A stretch of DNA of 64,000 nt from Eledone cirrhosa (Eukaryota), in the NCBI GenBank assembly GCA_964016885.1, contig OZ024740.1, positions 427,552,001 to 427,616,000 on the forward strand, written 5' to 3'. Each line of letters opens with the position of its first letter. The first letter of the stretch is position 1. Of this stretch, positions 1 to 17,264 are shown piece after piece. A program made the position numbers and the translations under genes. Under the pieces are notes generated by a model, which did not search any database, was not told where the DNA came from, and saw nothing but the letters and a program-made list of their open reading frames with translations.

Positions 1-3
1 TTT

Positions 4-80
<77 letters not shown>

Positions 81-159
81 ATATAGATAGATAGATAGAT
101 ATAGATAGGTAAATATACACGGGTGTGTATGATTGTGTATAGAAGATTATATTAATAAG

Positions 160-360
160 AGGAATTCCAACTTTGTCTGATTTACTCGTTTTATTTACAA
201 TCCTTTAAAATATATATAATATGGTATTATAATGAAATAGTATGATAGAATATTAAATTCTAAGTGTTAATTGAACAAGTACTTTCATGCTTTCGCAATC
301 TTCAGGTTCATGATATGTGGTGACAGTCGAGTTTGCAATTTTCAACTGTAATGAGATGGG
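160..360 (-). mobile_element. PLE pseudo-LTR remnant (family D) carrying a minimal hammerhead at 272-310
   Basis: Closely similar to both arms of the 44602-44903 fold-back; lies next to (TA)n. Confidence 0.7.
272..310 (-). ncRNA. Minimal type-I hammerhead ribozyme (family D)
   Basis: Minus strand reads tgaac-CTGAAGA-t tgc gaaa gca t-GAAA-gtac-TT-gttca: 5-bp stem I, GAAA-tetraloop stem II, palindromic gtac stem III. Confidence 0.75.
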
Positions 361-771
361 TAAATTTACTACCTTTTATACATTTTATACAGAGAAAAGT
401 GGCTCCAGAATGCAAAGCCCTGTAAACTGTATTTCGACCAATCAGTGTGTAGTTTCACTGAATTACTACAGCTGATTGGTTTAAGCGTCACGGCTGGTTG
501 AGCATGCTAACGTCCAATAGTCATACCCCAACGTATCAATTGTTTTGCTTTTTGAAATGATTGAAAAATAGCATTTTCTATTAATCATCACCATCAACAT
601 CACTTTTATTATTATTATTATTGTTGTTGTTGTTGTTGTTAGTGGTCGTGGTCATAGTGATAGTAGAAGTAATACCCCTAAGCGTTATTATTGTTCATTT
701 AGCTTGGTTTGAATTTATCAATAACATTCTTTTCTTTGATTTTTCTCTTGATTTCACTTGGGCTGTGTAAT

Positions 772-906
772 TTGTAGAATGGGAATATTATAAATATTCC
801 CCTGACCACATGTTGCCAGGTGGGCCGCTTAGGGGTATCTGACGGACACCCCCTAAGCGGCCACCCTGGCAACATGTGGTCAGGGAATATTTATAATATT
901 CCTTCT

Positions 907-909
<3 letters not shown>
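772..909. repeat. GC-rich near-perfect hairpin (~63-bp arms) abutting (TA)n
   Basis: tgtagaat..ctgaccacatgttgccagg..gccgcttagggg is mirrored by cccctaagcggc..cctggcaacatgtggtcag..ttctaca. Confidence 0.85.
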
Positions 910-956
<47 letters not shown>

Positions 957-1020
957 TAGATAGATAGATAGATAGATATATATATATATATACTGTATAC
1001 ATATATATATACATATACAC

Positions 1021-1119
<99 letters not shown>

Positions 1120-1127
1120 ATATATAT

Positions 1128-1538
1128 GCAAAAGTTTTATTTAAAATTGTTGGGTTACAACAAGTAAATATTTTGTAACTGATATAAAGCACTCAACAAG
1201 TATTGGAGTAGATATACGATATTAAACAAATTGGAAACTATATTTATAAAACCATATTTATTTCATTATACATATTTCGGGATACTATATTAAAAATATG
1301 GCATGCCTTCTTCAGATAAAATACAATATATAAACAGTTTTATAAATAATTTTGACGTACCAACTTCTTACATAAAAGTTGATCATATTTATGGTACGTC
1401 AAATTATTTATAAAACTGTTTATATATTGTATTTTATCTGAAGAAGGCATGCCATATTTTTAATATGGTATCCCCGAAATATGTATAATGAAATAAATAT
1501 GTTTTATAAATATAGTTTCCATTTGTTTAATATCGTAT
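1128..1538. mobile_element. Mini fold-back element made of two family-B PLE pLTRs, inside (TA)n
   Basis: Inverted arms ~1216-1362 and ~1393-1538. The left arm carries a ~90-bp extension homologous to 22610-22697. Confidence 0.85.
1430..1495 (+). ncRNA. Hammerhead ribozyme (family B); mirror copy at 1259-1323 (-)
   Basis: tattttat-CTGAAGA-stem II (atgccatat/atatggtat)-GAAA-tatgta-TA-atgaaata. Confidence 0.8.
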
Positions 1539-1563
1539 GTATATATATATATATATATATATA

Positions 1564-1646
<83 letters not shown>

Positions 1647-1674
1647 TATATGTATATAAATATATATATATACA

Positions 1675-1736
<62 letters not shown>

Positions 1737-1740
1737 AATT

Positions 1741-1938
1741 AATGAAATAAAAACAAAGAACAAGTTTCTTATATTAAACAATTCATCATTTTACGCTCGT
1801 TTCTAGGATGTATATGTGTGTTGGAATGTATATCATATATACATACCTTCACATATACATGCTGTCTTCATCCTAGAAACGATCGTAAAATGATGAATTT
1901 TTTAATATAAGCAACTTGTTCTTTGTTTTTATTTCATT
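1741..1938. mobile_element. Fold-back element centred on a hairpin followed by a hammerhead 3' half
   Basis: Arms 1741-1810 and 1869-1938. taggatg/catccta stem, then GAAA-cgatcg-TA at 1876-1887; no CUGANGA. Confidence 0.7.
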
Positions 1939-2081
1939 GTTTTTATTAATTTATCTTGACTGTTTTCCTATGATTTTAATCGAACATTTTTGAATGCATC
2001 TCCTCTTTTCATGATATTTGGATTACATTGAGTTCTTCATACGGATTGGACACTACCGTACATTTTGGTAGATTTATCTAC

Positions 2082-2106
<25 letters not shown>

Positions 2107-2113
<7 letters not shown>

Positions 2114-2386
2114 AATATGATTTCTCTTCAAGCATAGCTTTATACAAATTGTATAAATATTTCGTATCTCCAAAGAAATACGGTTTTAGGAAGCCCTAGC
2201 TATGCAAACATCGGTGGGGGGGGGGGGGGTGGGCTAACGCCCTCTGGTGTTGTCCAGTCTTCTAGTCCAGCAGTCGCAAGCGGTGTTTGCATAGCTACGG
2301 CTTCCTAAAACCGTATTTCTTTGGAGATACGAAATATTTATACAAATTGTATAAAGCTTTGCTTGAAGCGAAATCCTATTTCTTTT
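2107..2386. mobile_element. Fold-back element (~108-bp arms) starting at (TA)n
   Basis: 2107-2215 is the reverse complement of 2281-2386. Confidence 0.8.
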
Positions 2387-2619
2387 TTATTATAAGTTGA
2401 GCCAAATTATGCAGCTTCATATGCAAATGAGATTAATCACCTCATTTACATAGATTGTGCCGTATTGTTGTTAGGAGATGCGAGTGGGATTTTCCTCGTG
2501 GGCGGATAGCACGGGGTCCAATTCTTAGGTGTACATTAAGGTGATGACAACATCATTTGGGCAGAGCTGATGGAATATTTTCCACATCATGCAGATAATG
2601 TAGCGCTCCCATACGCACA

Positions 2620-6340
<3,721 letters not shown>

Positions 6341-6768
6341 GTCAGGTCAAAAGTTGGTGCTACTGGTAACATGTATCCCAGTACAACCTATCTCATGGTC
6401 GGGTCTTTGGCGACTAAACTGGCAACCCCACCAAGGTTTCTAGGTGAGGAGGGTGACTTTGGATATCCTGCAGGACTAAAAACAAAACTGTGATATCACA
6501 CCTGCAACCCTTATGTTGACTTGTTCTTCTTTTTGGTAAATATCATCTTGGTTAAGAGAGTGGGACTGGCTTTGTGCAGTGCCTTTGCTCACTATAAAAG
6601 CTTCACGGCACAGGCATTGCTTTATATCTGGAGATCTCTCTGCACTTGTCGTCACATGGTACCATGGGCCCAGCACTATGTGTCAATAATTGTCACAAGT
6701 GTAGTGTTTGTACCAGAGTTTTCAAGTCGCTGGCTGGACTAAAATGTCACACTCGTTCAGCGCATATG
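6341..6768 (+). mobile_element. Short non-autonomous RTE-like LINE derivative (5' part joined to a C-terminal C2H2 finger segment)
   Basis: Highly similar to 41688-42185; the 3' part translates HKCSVCTRVFKSLAGLKCHTRSAH. Confidence 0.6.
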
Positions 6769-6825
6769 TAGGGTTTCTCCTACATGGATATAAAGTAGTG
6801 GCCGTACTCGAAGACGAGTTGGCAG

Positions 6826-6883
<58 letters not shown>

Positions 6884-7010
6884 ACAAGGGTGAAAATCAA
6901 ACTCTTCATCGCAATTTTACTTTTGAAAATCATAAGAACCGTGAAACCAGTTTAAGTAAATAAATAAATATTCTTAAAAGTCTCCAGTTGTATTTTCAAT
7001 TTCTTTTCTG

Positions 7011-7058
<48 letters not shown>

Positions 7059-7715
7059 GAGGAAGAGAGTTGGGGAGAGAGCACAGACATATGTGGACAA
7101 GCTTTTGAAAGATCAATATCGAAAATATATCCGTTTCCATATCAATAGGTTTCATTACACAAAAAATATGTTATATTATAAATATATTAACTCCGTTGGT
7201 GTGTGAAGAGTTAAAGTCTGTAATTGCGTGATGACAGCATTGAATAATTAAGAATAACCCCACAGAAATACGTATTACAGGAACTTACTTAATACAATTA
7301 ATTGTGAAAACCTAGTTTTCGTATTTTACAAGGGAAGTAAGACCACGTTGGTTTGACAAATATAAACTCCGAATCAAACGGAAAATAGAAGATAAAATTA
7401 AAATGTACTGACCGTTTCAATAACTATTATCTCCCGGAGAGATTAGAGATTAATCTGTTTCGCCCTGAAAAGTTGTGTTTGTAACAGATAATCCGGAGGC
7501 AGTCCTCAGCGGGAGATGAGTTTATATGCAACACACACCTATGAGAGTAGGTAAACTAAATAAACACGAGTTAATGTAATACCTCGTGTGTTCGTCGTTT
7601 CAAGTGCATGGGTGTATTGTAAAACGGCTAAAAATAATAGCCTAAATTCACCCAACTTGTTACCTCACAATTCCAGGAGCCGAAATTCAAATAAAATGTA
7701 GTTATACACTCATAA

Positions 7716-7831
<116 letters not shown>

Positions 7832-8028
7832 TAAGAGTTAGCAGTTACGCTCGTAAAAACATATTCATCTAAGTACTCGATACTTGCCAAAGTAGAGTGT
7901 ATAGTTAAAGGTTTGTTCCCAACTGCTGGGGTCAAGCCTCTTCAACGGCATCAACTCTACTCACCGTTGGAACGGAATCCGTACAGCCGTCTGTCACTAA
8001 CCTTTAACTATATATCACTAACTTATCA

Positions 8029-8201
8029 TATTAGCAGTATCGGTAGAGGGTCGGACATGCTTTCTAGCATAGTTACGTCCTTTTATGATCTGATTTCAAT
8101 TCCAGCCGAAGTTAACTTTGCCTTTCATCCATACGGGGTCGATAAAATAAAATACCAGTAATGTACTGGGTAATTGGTGGCCTTGTGCCAAAAGTAGAAA
8201 C

Positions 8202-8206
<5 letters not shown>
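8029..8206 (+). mobile_element. tRNA-derived SINE family 1 (octopus OK/OR-like)
   Basis: Head gcagtatcggtagag, body ttaactttgcctttcatcc..ggggtcgataaaataaa.taccag, tail ccttgtgccaaaagtagaaacaatta; about 15 copies in the window. Confidence 0.85.
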
Positions 8207-8255
<49 letters not shown>

Positions 8256-8279
8256 TATTATATATATATATATATACAT

Positions 8280-8339
<60 letters not shown>

Positions 8340-8950
8340 CAAACATATATATCAAGCTTAAAATCCGATATGAGATATGCATGCATCAGTGGTGTTTTCG
8401 TTCATAAAGTATTACACAAATTTTTCGAGTTTATCTGATTAAAGTTTCCCAGTTCACGATTTAAGTTTTATCGCCATTCTTTGTACTTATATCTTACAAT
8501 TTGGCACTCCTTACACTTAATAATAGAACAGGAATATCTTTTTCTCCCAAATCAGATTTTAGTAACTCTTCCGTGGAATACATATGGAAAATATTATCTA
8601 TACCGTAACATTTGAATGTATGCAGAATGTGAAGCGCTTCTTTTCTAACTTTCCCACAAGTAATGGAAATGTTAAGGTTCGTTGCGATCTAACCTTTGAA
8701 ATGCTAAGACATACGATTAGTGTATGTATTTAGTGACGTCTGAAATGCAATTCTAGAATTTCTTTGAGTGGTAAAAGCCATTATATCGCTTGGTTAAAAT
8801 AGATAGAGGAAAAAGCAAGTTTTTCGCATATGAAGTGTGCTTGTATGTGTGTGTGGACATGTGTGAGTGTGTAAGTAATATGGATTTTTGTAAAAACTAC
8901 AGGTTGTTTAATTAGAAGCCTCGCTGTGAAAGATGTAAACAGATTTTATT

Positions 8951-9137
8951 TGGATTGGCAGTATCAGTAGAGCGTCGGACGCCATGCTTTGCAGTACGGA
9001 TGTTCGTCCCTTTACGGTCTGAGTTCAAATCTCTTCGAGGTTAACTTTGCCTTTCATCCTTACGAGGTCGATAAAATAAAGTACCTGTAATACACTGAGA
9101 TAATTGCTGGTCTTGTGCCAAAAGTAGAAACAATTAT
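8951..9137 (+). mobile_element. SINE family 1
   Basis: Same consensus, B-box-like gagttcaaatc. Confidence 0.85.
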
Positions 9138-9229
9138 TCTCATATCATGTGTGAAAGAAACATCAGAGAATATGTATACCCTTTTCAGCAATTTTTGTTT
9201 TCTCATCAGAAGATGATATCTTTAATATT

Positions 9230-9461
9230 TTGTCAACAGAGGAATTTTTCAATAACATCACAATACACTTGATCGCTGCTGGAGATGTCTGGCTGGAGGC
9301 CCAGCCTCCGAGGTCTTTTTACGGGGCTTAGAAAACCTGAAGGACCGCTGCAATAAGTGTGTGAATCTGAGAAGGGAATATGTTGAATAACATGATAATT
9401 AAGTGCTCCTACTGTATTTACGTTTACCCAAAGCCAGGAAACTTTCAGCACCCTCCTCGTA
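9230..9461 (-). mobile_element. Tc1/mariner-like terminal fragment
   Basis: Minus strand starts TA-CGAGGAGGGTGCTGAAAGTTTCCTGGCTTT, a mariner-type TIR; no partner TIR found. Confidence 0.55.
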
Positions 9462-9648
9462 TGACATTGGATAATATAGACAAATATCGGTGTAGATAGA
9501 ATCGCTGAAAACCATAAAAATACCCTCATGATTTCGTATGTACAGAAGAAATTGTAGAAGTTAGGTTTCACTTCCTTCTATCTCCCTATATGCTGTAATA
9601 TTTAAATTATATTTAACTGTAATGCTTTAATATGTGTGGTGTCTTAGC

Positions 9649-9732
<84 letters not shown>

Positions 9733-9740
<8 letters not shown>

Positions 9741-10483
9741 TAGTATATCTACCAACATATGCGTACAGATGTACACTAATGCTAGTAAATACATAAGTTA
9801 TGTCATAGTACCTAGGAGGATGCAGAACAATAATATGAAAGACTTAAAATAAGAAAATTTAAAACAAAATTAAAAATTAACTTACTTACTAAAATTTTCA
9901 CTCCAACTAATTAGTTTCTGTAATGGGATAAAGATAGTTACGTAATATAACCATCGAGAATTCATTACGTCATCAGGGAGTCTATTCTCAGCTAAGTCTC
10001 CAGGCAATGCGTGGACACTGGGGACTCATATAAAAATAATAATAATTCGGTGGATGGAACAGCTAGCGGGGACTGGATTCCATGCACTGAAAAAGTTCGC
10101 TGTCTCTGGTCAAATGGCAGATTCTAAAGAATCAATCACGTGACACTGAGGCTAGTCGGAAGGAGTGGGATGGTAAGATGACAGAAGCCTACTACCACAC
10201 CAATGAATTAGTAGTGGATTTGGCCAGTTTGCTCAACAAATAAATAATTTGGAGATAAATATAGAGAATTTAGTATATCTACCAACACATGCGTCCCCAG
10301 TGTCCGCGCATTGCCTGGAGACTTAGCTGAGAATAGACTCCCTGATGACGTAATGAATTCTCGATGGTTATATTACGTAACTATCTTTATCCCATTACAG
10401 AAACTAATTAGTTGGAGTGAAAATTTTAGTAAGTAAGTTAATTTTTAATATTTTTTAAAATTTTCTTATTTTACGTCTTTCAT
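9733..10483. mobile_element. Non-coding HHR element: terminally redundant 530-nt monomer (-) plus an inverted partial copy (+)
   Basis: aatttagtatatctaccaaca.atgcgt at 9737 and 10267; ~9836-10024 is inverted at 10295-10483. Confidence 0.85.
10337..10418 (+). ncRNA. Hammerhead ribozyme; mirror copy at 9900-9981 (-)
   Basis: actcc-CTGATGA-c gtaatg...cattac a-GAAA-ctaattag (palindrome)-TT-ggagt. Confidence 0.85.
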
Positions 10484-10499
10484 ATATATATATATATCG

Positions 10500-11472
<973 letters not shown>

Positions 11473-11731
11473 AATTAAAACAAAAAACAAAAACAATAAC
11501 GGAGAGTGCAGTATAAAGTGTTAGTATTAGGTTCACGCCTGAGAGTGGGGGGGGGGGGGGCGTGCGGGCAGAAGCCCTTCATCAGGAGAAAAGTGGGAAG
11601 GAAAAGAGTTCCGAGGGTGTGAGCGGAAGTGGTGGAAAGACATTAAAAGGGGATGGGGGATTAAGGTGAAGGAAAAAAATGTTAAAGAGGGTAGAAAAAT
11701 TAAAATTGTGTGTGTTTGTGTGTGTACATAT

Positions 11732-12850
11732 CTATGCATAATGCATTAATTCGTTTAGGCTGGAGCTCAGATGTTGACAGAGTAAAAGCAGATAGTGGAA
11801 TGATGAGCTGAACTCTTCAACCAGGTCCTCAACAACACGGCCAGTCTACTTGGATGGAAGGAATAGTCATGTACCAGTTGAAATATGCCAACGTAGTTAA
11901 CATATAAAGAGGTAAAGGCAATATGCCAGCGTAGTTGACATATAAAGAGGTAAAGGCAATATGCCAGCGTAGTTGACATATAAAGAGGTAAAGGCAACCG
12001 CTAGTCTCATGACAGTTGACTGATAAAATGACAAGTCGATCAATCATATTGGTGGCTTCCCCATAGCCCCGGCGGACAGAATGGAGATTTGAACTTAGAA
12101 TGGCAAGGGCCGTAACTCTATGCGTCAAAGCATGGTGTCCGACCCTCTACCGATACTGCCAATCCACCGCCCTTTTTTGTAATAATGTTAACATATTCTC
12201 ATACATTCCAAACATATATTTCTCTTTCTAAAATACCAAACATCTACAAAAGCATATGGTCTGCATTATGACATAATTTCTCACAAATCTATTTTTCTTC
12301 CCTTTCCTTCACTTTACTTGCTTCTATTCAGCAATGAAACCATTCTTAATAAGGTTATCTAGAACAGCAGAAATGCTTTATATTCTACCCATGAACGATT
12401 ATCAAGACAGTATATAAGAGTTAAAACAACTACAACTACAACAACAACAACAACAACAACATAGAGGTTAATAACTATTTTGAGAACGTACGTTGGCAAT
12501 TAACCTTGACTTGTCTTCTATTTGCGATATGAAGCATACATACAGATTGATATTTTCTCCAAGTATAACCTTATTTTCTTCTCCATTTAAATATAGTCCG
12601 TCATGCTCTGTGGACATCTAGAAGTGAGTTTCAGCGTTTCATGACAAATGCTTTAATTACTAATTTCACTTGGCATTCTGTAAAATTATCATTATATCAT
12701 TAAAAGCAACTTCCTCTTGGATGGTATATTCTTCATTTTATATTTCTATTTTTTGTTTATGTTGATAATGTTATTTTATGTTAAGAACATGTATGTAGTG
12801 TGTATAGCTAATGTTGGAAACGACAACTTCAAGTTACCCAGATTTGACTT

Positions 12851-12920
<70 letters not shown>

Positions 12921-13023
12921 GTTGTTGAGGACCTGGTTGAAGAGTTCAGCTCATCATTCCACTATCTGCTTTTTCTGTCAACCTCTGAGCTCCAGCCTAA
13001 ATGCATTAATGCATTATGCATAG

Positions 13024-13027
<4 letters not shown>
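11732..13027. repeat. Inverted pair of ~100-bp repeats (11732-11836 and 12921-13027), each ending outward in (CA)n; includes a 39-bp x3 tandem at 11882-11998 and a SINE head at 12085-12172
   Basis: gttgttgaggacctggttgaagagttcagctc occurs on opposite strands. Confidence 0.75.
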
Positions 13028-13073
<46 letters not shown>

Positions 13074-13298
13074 GCGCGCTCGCGCGCGCGCGCACACACA
13101 CATATACAGAAATATATATAGCAATATATCTATAATTTATAATATACGAAGTCAAATTTTAATTATATTTGACTTAATTATTTTACATTAAATAAACCAA
13201 CCTGCGTACTTCGTCGAGTGTTCCAATCTGCATACTGAGGTGTCGGTAAACAACCAACATATACTCAAAATATATATATGTGTGTTGTGTGTGTGTAT

Positions 13299-13385
<87 letters not shown>

Positions 13386-13429
13386 TGCCCCCTCGTTATC
13401 GAGTATGGCCAAAATAATTATTAATTAAT

Positions 13430-13705
13430 GCAATCGTGCAATGCCTGTGCGTGAAGAATATTTTTAAAGCGAGGAAAGACTGTGCACTGAGCCAATCCCA
13501 CTCTCTGAGCGACAGTAGCTATAACCCGAAAAGAAGAAAAGATCAACATCATCCGTAACTATTGAGCCGCAGGTTTTATGTCGGAGTTAACCGAGTTTCC
13601 TGAGATGCCTTCTCCTAGAAGAATGCCCTGACAAGGGCTAGGGGTCCTTCACTCCCAGTGGTTTAACTGCGTGATCGGGTGTCCAGCCCGACTATTTCTA
13701 TGTCC
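13430..13705 (-). mobile_element. RTE-derived repeat fragment related to 41820-42000 and 49500-49935
   Basis: Shares gacccctagcccttgtcagggcattcttctaggagaagg and gatgatgttga..gtgggattggct motifs. Confidence 0.5.
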
Positions 13706-13785
13706 GCGCGCATAAAAAAATAAACGTGTGAGTGAGTGTGTATGTGGGTGTGTGTGTCGCACGTATGAATGTCGATATATATCTA

Positions 13786-13833
<48 letters not shown>

Positions 13834-14000
13834 TGAAAAAGAACAAAGGAACTATTATGACATTATAACAAGTTTATTGCCGACAGTAATATATATATAT
13901 ATATAGAGAGAGAGAGATATACAAATTTTAGTACAGCATCAACGAAGCTTTAGGTTGCAGCCAAGCTAACGAATACAGTTTCGGTGTGCAGCTAAGCACT

Positions 14001-14054
<54 letters not shown>

Positions 14055-14155
14055 GCTGTGATTCTTTGCTAAAAACTTTAATCTGTTATTTTAATATATA
14101 TAATATATATGACGCTAACACTCCAGTGAGAAAATTTAATCCGAAATTATTGGAA

Positions 14156-14300
14156 GTGTCCGACGAGGTCTAGAATCAGACAGCCTGCTGGTCTAGAATC
14201 AGACAGATCCATACAATGATCGTGTCTCGAGCTGTCTGCCGGCGAAACAATTGTAACACACAATAAATTGAGTTCAAATGCATCACTGATTTTTAGTTTT
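14156..14300 (+). ncRNA. Solo family-C-related pLTR with hammerhead variant (core CCGACGA) at 14156-14259
   Basis: gtgt-CCGACGA...ggc-GAAA-caattg-TA-acac; homologous to 59953-60083. Confidence 0.6.
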
Positions 14301-14329
14301 ATATTATATATATTGTTATACTTTGGGAG

Positions 14330-16912
14330 GGTCATGTTGCCAATAAGAAACACACGCACCAGTTGCTTTCACTTCAATTTATTATAATAAATTTATAAAT
14401 TTAGTAATTTATAAATTTCTGGTTGGTTGGGTGGATCCACAACCAGATAGTTGTTTATATATTGTCAAAGTTCTTTCGTCACACATTCTGTGACCTCTTC
14501 AGTGACTGGGGTTTCTTTTCTTTGTTTTTGTGCCTCTTCTTTGTTCTGTCCTACGCCATTTTGTTTCTGTGTGTGTGTTGTGTGCTCAGTCGCCGCATGC
14601 GCCACATCCGGGTGTCTGTGTGTGTTTATATTCGTTTATTTATTTGTTTATTTACATGTTACTGGTTGGTTGTTTGTTCTGCGTGTGTGTGTTTTCATTT
14701 TGTCCTTAATTGTAAGTTGTGATGTTGCTGTTCCACTCATATTTTCTATTTAATTTTGGTTGTAATTCTTTTATGTTTATTGCCTCTGTGATTTGTCTAA
14801 ACATTGCGTCTTTTCTGTGTGTAGATTCTATTTTTATTTCTATGTTCTCTAATTTACCCTTATGTTCTATTTTAGCATGTTGGTAGAGTACAGATGATTC
14901 TTTACTATCTTGAAGGTCTCGCCAGTGTTCGTTTATCCGTTCCCCTACACTACGAGCTGTCTCACCTATGTACACTATATTTTTGTCTCTACATTGTCCT
15001 TCAGTACATCTTATGCTATACACTACATTTCTAGTTTTACAGTTAATATGGGGGCTTATTTTACAGGTTATACATTTCTTATCTATACATGAGGGTATGT
15101 CTTGCTAATAAGTGTTTTTACGGAGGTACCTGGTCTTTCAACTATCTTAATATTGAGTTCATGTTTATTTATGGCCCTTCTAAATTAGTAAGCTAATTCA
15201 CCTCTAGGGGTTGTATCGATGAACATTACACTCTGGTATTTATTGCTATCATACCATGAGTTTTTTCTATTAGCCTTGTTCCTAGTTCTTTCTATTCTAT
15301 TCCAAAATTTGCTCCTATACAAGGGGCAGGTCCCATTTATGTCATTATTTACCATTTTTCCCCATTTGGTTCTGGATCCTCTATACACTCTGATTTTATC
15401 TCTCTGATTGTAGCCAGAGAACTGCATACGGTGGATAAAGTGTTGTATGTGTCTCTCTAGTTCTTCGGGTTGCACATGCGGGACACGTTTCTTATCACCC
15501 GTCCCAAATCCGCAATCAGTATGTTGATTTTGGTATGGTCCGAAACAGCTGAGTTTCGGTGGATCAGATGTTTGGAAGTCAATGGGTTTTCATAATGGGA
15601 ATGGAGGATTTGTTTTTTGTTATTAATGGTATCTAACCAGACCTCTGTGTCTAGTACAGGTAATCGATGGTTGGGGTGTTTACTTGGGTAGTCTATAGTA
15701 ACTCTAATACTCTGGTGGATGGAGTTAGCTATTTGCTGGATGGCTTCCATTGAGTTTTTCTCTAGTTCCTGACTGTTCTCTAGTGGGGGTGTCTTAACTA
15801 CGATGTTTATATCGTCAACGTAGCGGGAGTACATTATCAGGGTTAAGGGGTCTTCTAATTGTTCTTTAAGTTTAAGTCTACTGTCCCACCATACCATGAA
15901 TAAGTTAGCTATGTCGCCTGCAATGCTAACACCAATGGTTGCTCCTTCCTCTTGGGGCATATGTTTTTCCATTAAATTTGAACATATGTTCCTTAAGGGT
16001 TAGTTTTATGCTGACCCCTACCGCATGTGCAATCATTTTCTTCAGTTCATCGTGGTTTTCGGTGTCCGTATGGCTCTGGTCCACCCGTTCCATCTATCTG
16101 TGTGGGTTTTCTTGGCCATTGAGGTAATGGTAGGTGGTCTGCCTCTTGCTGGTCTTGTAGGGCTCAGGTTGCTAAGGTCATATGTGTCTAGGTAATTATT
16201 ACTATAGGTAAGTTCAAGTAGGAGTCCCAGTTCACTGGTATCAATCCACGGAACTCAACATTGCTCTCACTGATCATTTCTACGCATTTTTCCACAGTAA
16301 AATCCACGTCAATAGATGGATACAGGGACACAACATCCATACTACCTATTATGCAGTTTGTTAGGTTCCTAGATCGGTTACTCTCGTCGATTCTGCTGAG
16401 GAGGTCCTCCGTGCTGCCACATACATCTGGGGACATTTCAATGATGGGGCGTATGATCAGGGAGAGGAAGTAGGACAGTCTGTAGCTACTAGCAATGTTA
16501 GCTCCACAGACTGGCCGTGTTGGTTGTCCCGTGACAGGGACACTGCCCGTTTTATGGTCTTTTCGAAGCCCATACAACGCCGGCACGTCATTGTTCCAGA
16601 CCTGGAAGTTGTTGGCAGTCCTTTTGTTGGGCTGCATTATATTCGTCCACATCACCATATGGCATTGAGGGCTTTTTCTCTATCCTCATGCTCCTGTGGT
16701 GTTACCTCTCTTGTGTTAGTGATGTGGCCTGGATCTAGTTTGGCAGGCTGTCAACCGACATTCTGCCAGACTTGTCTGTTGGAAAGCATGCTATCTCACC
16801 ATTACGCGAGCACCGCATGAGCTTACGCAAGCCATTTGCAGATTTTTCTCCCAGTTGCTGGACCTCCATTCTATTATGCTTCTTGCTATACTGTTCTATA
16901 ATATTTCTAAGT
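14330..16912 (-). mobile_element. Penelope-like element family A, copy 1 (5'-truncated, frameshifted RT + GIY-YIG); HHR at 14464-14506
   Basis: ORF pieces contain GSMDVVSLYPSID, YSRYVDD and VYSIRC...YIGETARS..ER..EH; highly similar to 22890-25840. Confidence 0.92.
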
Positions 16913-16927
16913 TGAAATTTCGTAGTG

Positions 16928-17162
16928 TAAAATTAGGTTGTAACATGGGCTTACGCCGTATTTGACTAAATAGAATTTGTCTGTTAGTTGGGATTTAAAA
17001 AAAGCCTATGAATGGAAAAGAGGATGAGTATTGACGTACAGGGGACACGAACCCACATCTTTGGTTTACCGGATCATTCGAGGGGTTTCTTTTAAATGCT
17101 ACGTAACACACTAATTCTATGTAGTCAAATACGGCGTTAGCATATGTTACTACCTAATTTTC
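16928..17162. repeat. Diverged fold-back (~70-bp arms) enclosing a tRNA-like 3' half, located at the 5' junction of PLE A1
   Basis: aaaattaggttgtaacatg..acgccgtatttgact pairs with agtcaaatacggcgt..atgttactacctaatttt; spacer on the minus strand has gtgggttcgtgtcccc. Confidence 0.65.
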
Positions 17163-17203
17163 AAATTCGCTCGCCTTTTGTAAACAAAGGGTGCTTTGTG
17201 TCT

Positions 17204-17257
<54 letters not shown>

Positions 17258-17264
<7 letters not shown>

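Noticed and set aside
2107-2386. Hammerhead in this fold-back (hairpin followed by GAAAtatt)
   Set aside because: No CUGANGA-like core or stem I at the right position
11560-11592. Minus-strand CTGATGA-agggc/gccc half hammerhead
   Set aside because: GAAA and stem III are absent; too incomplete to call
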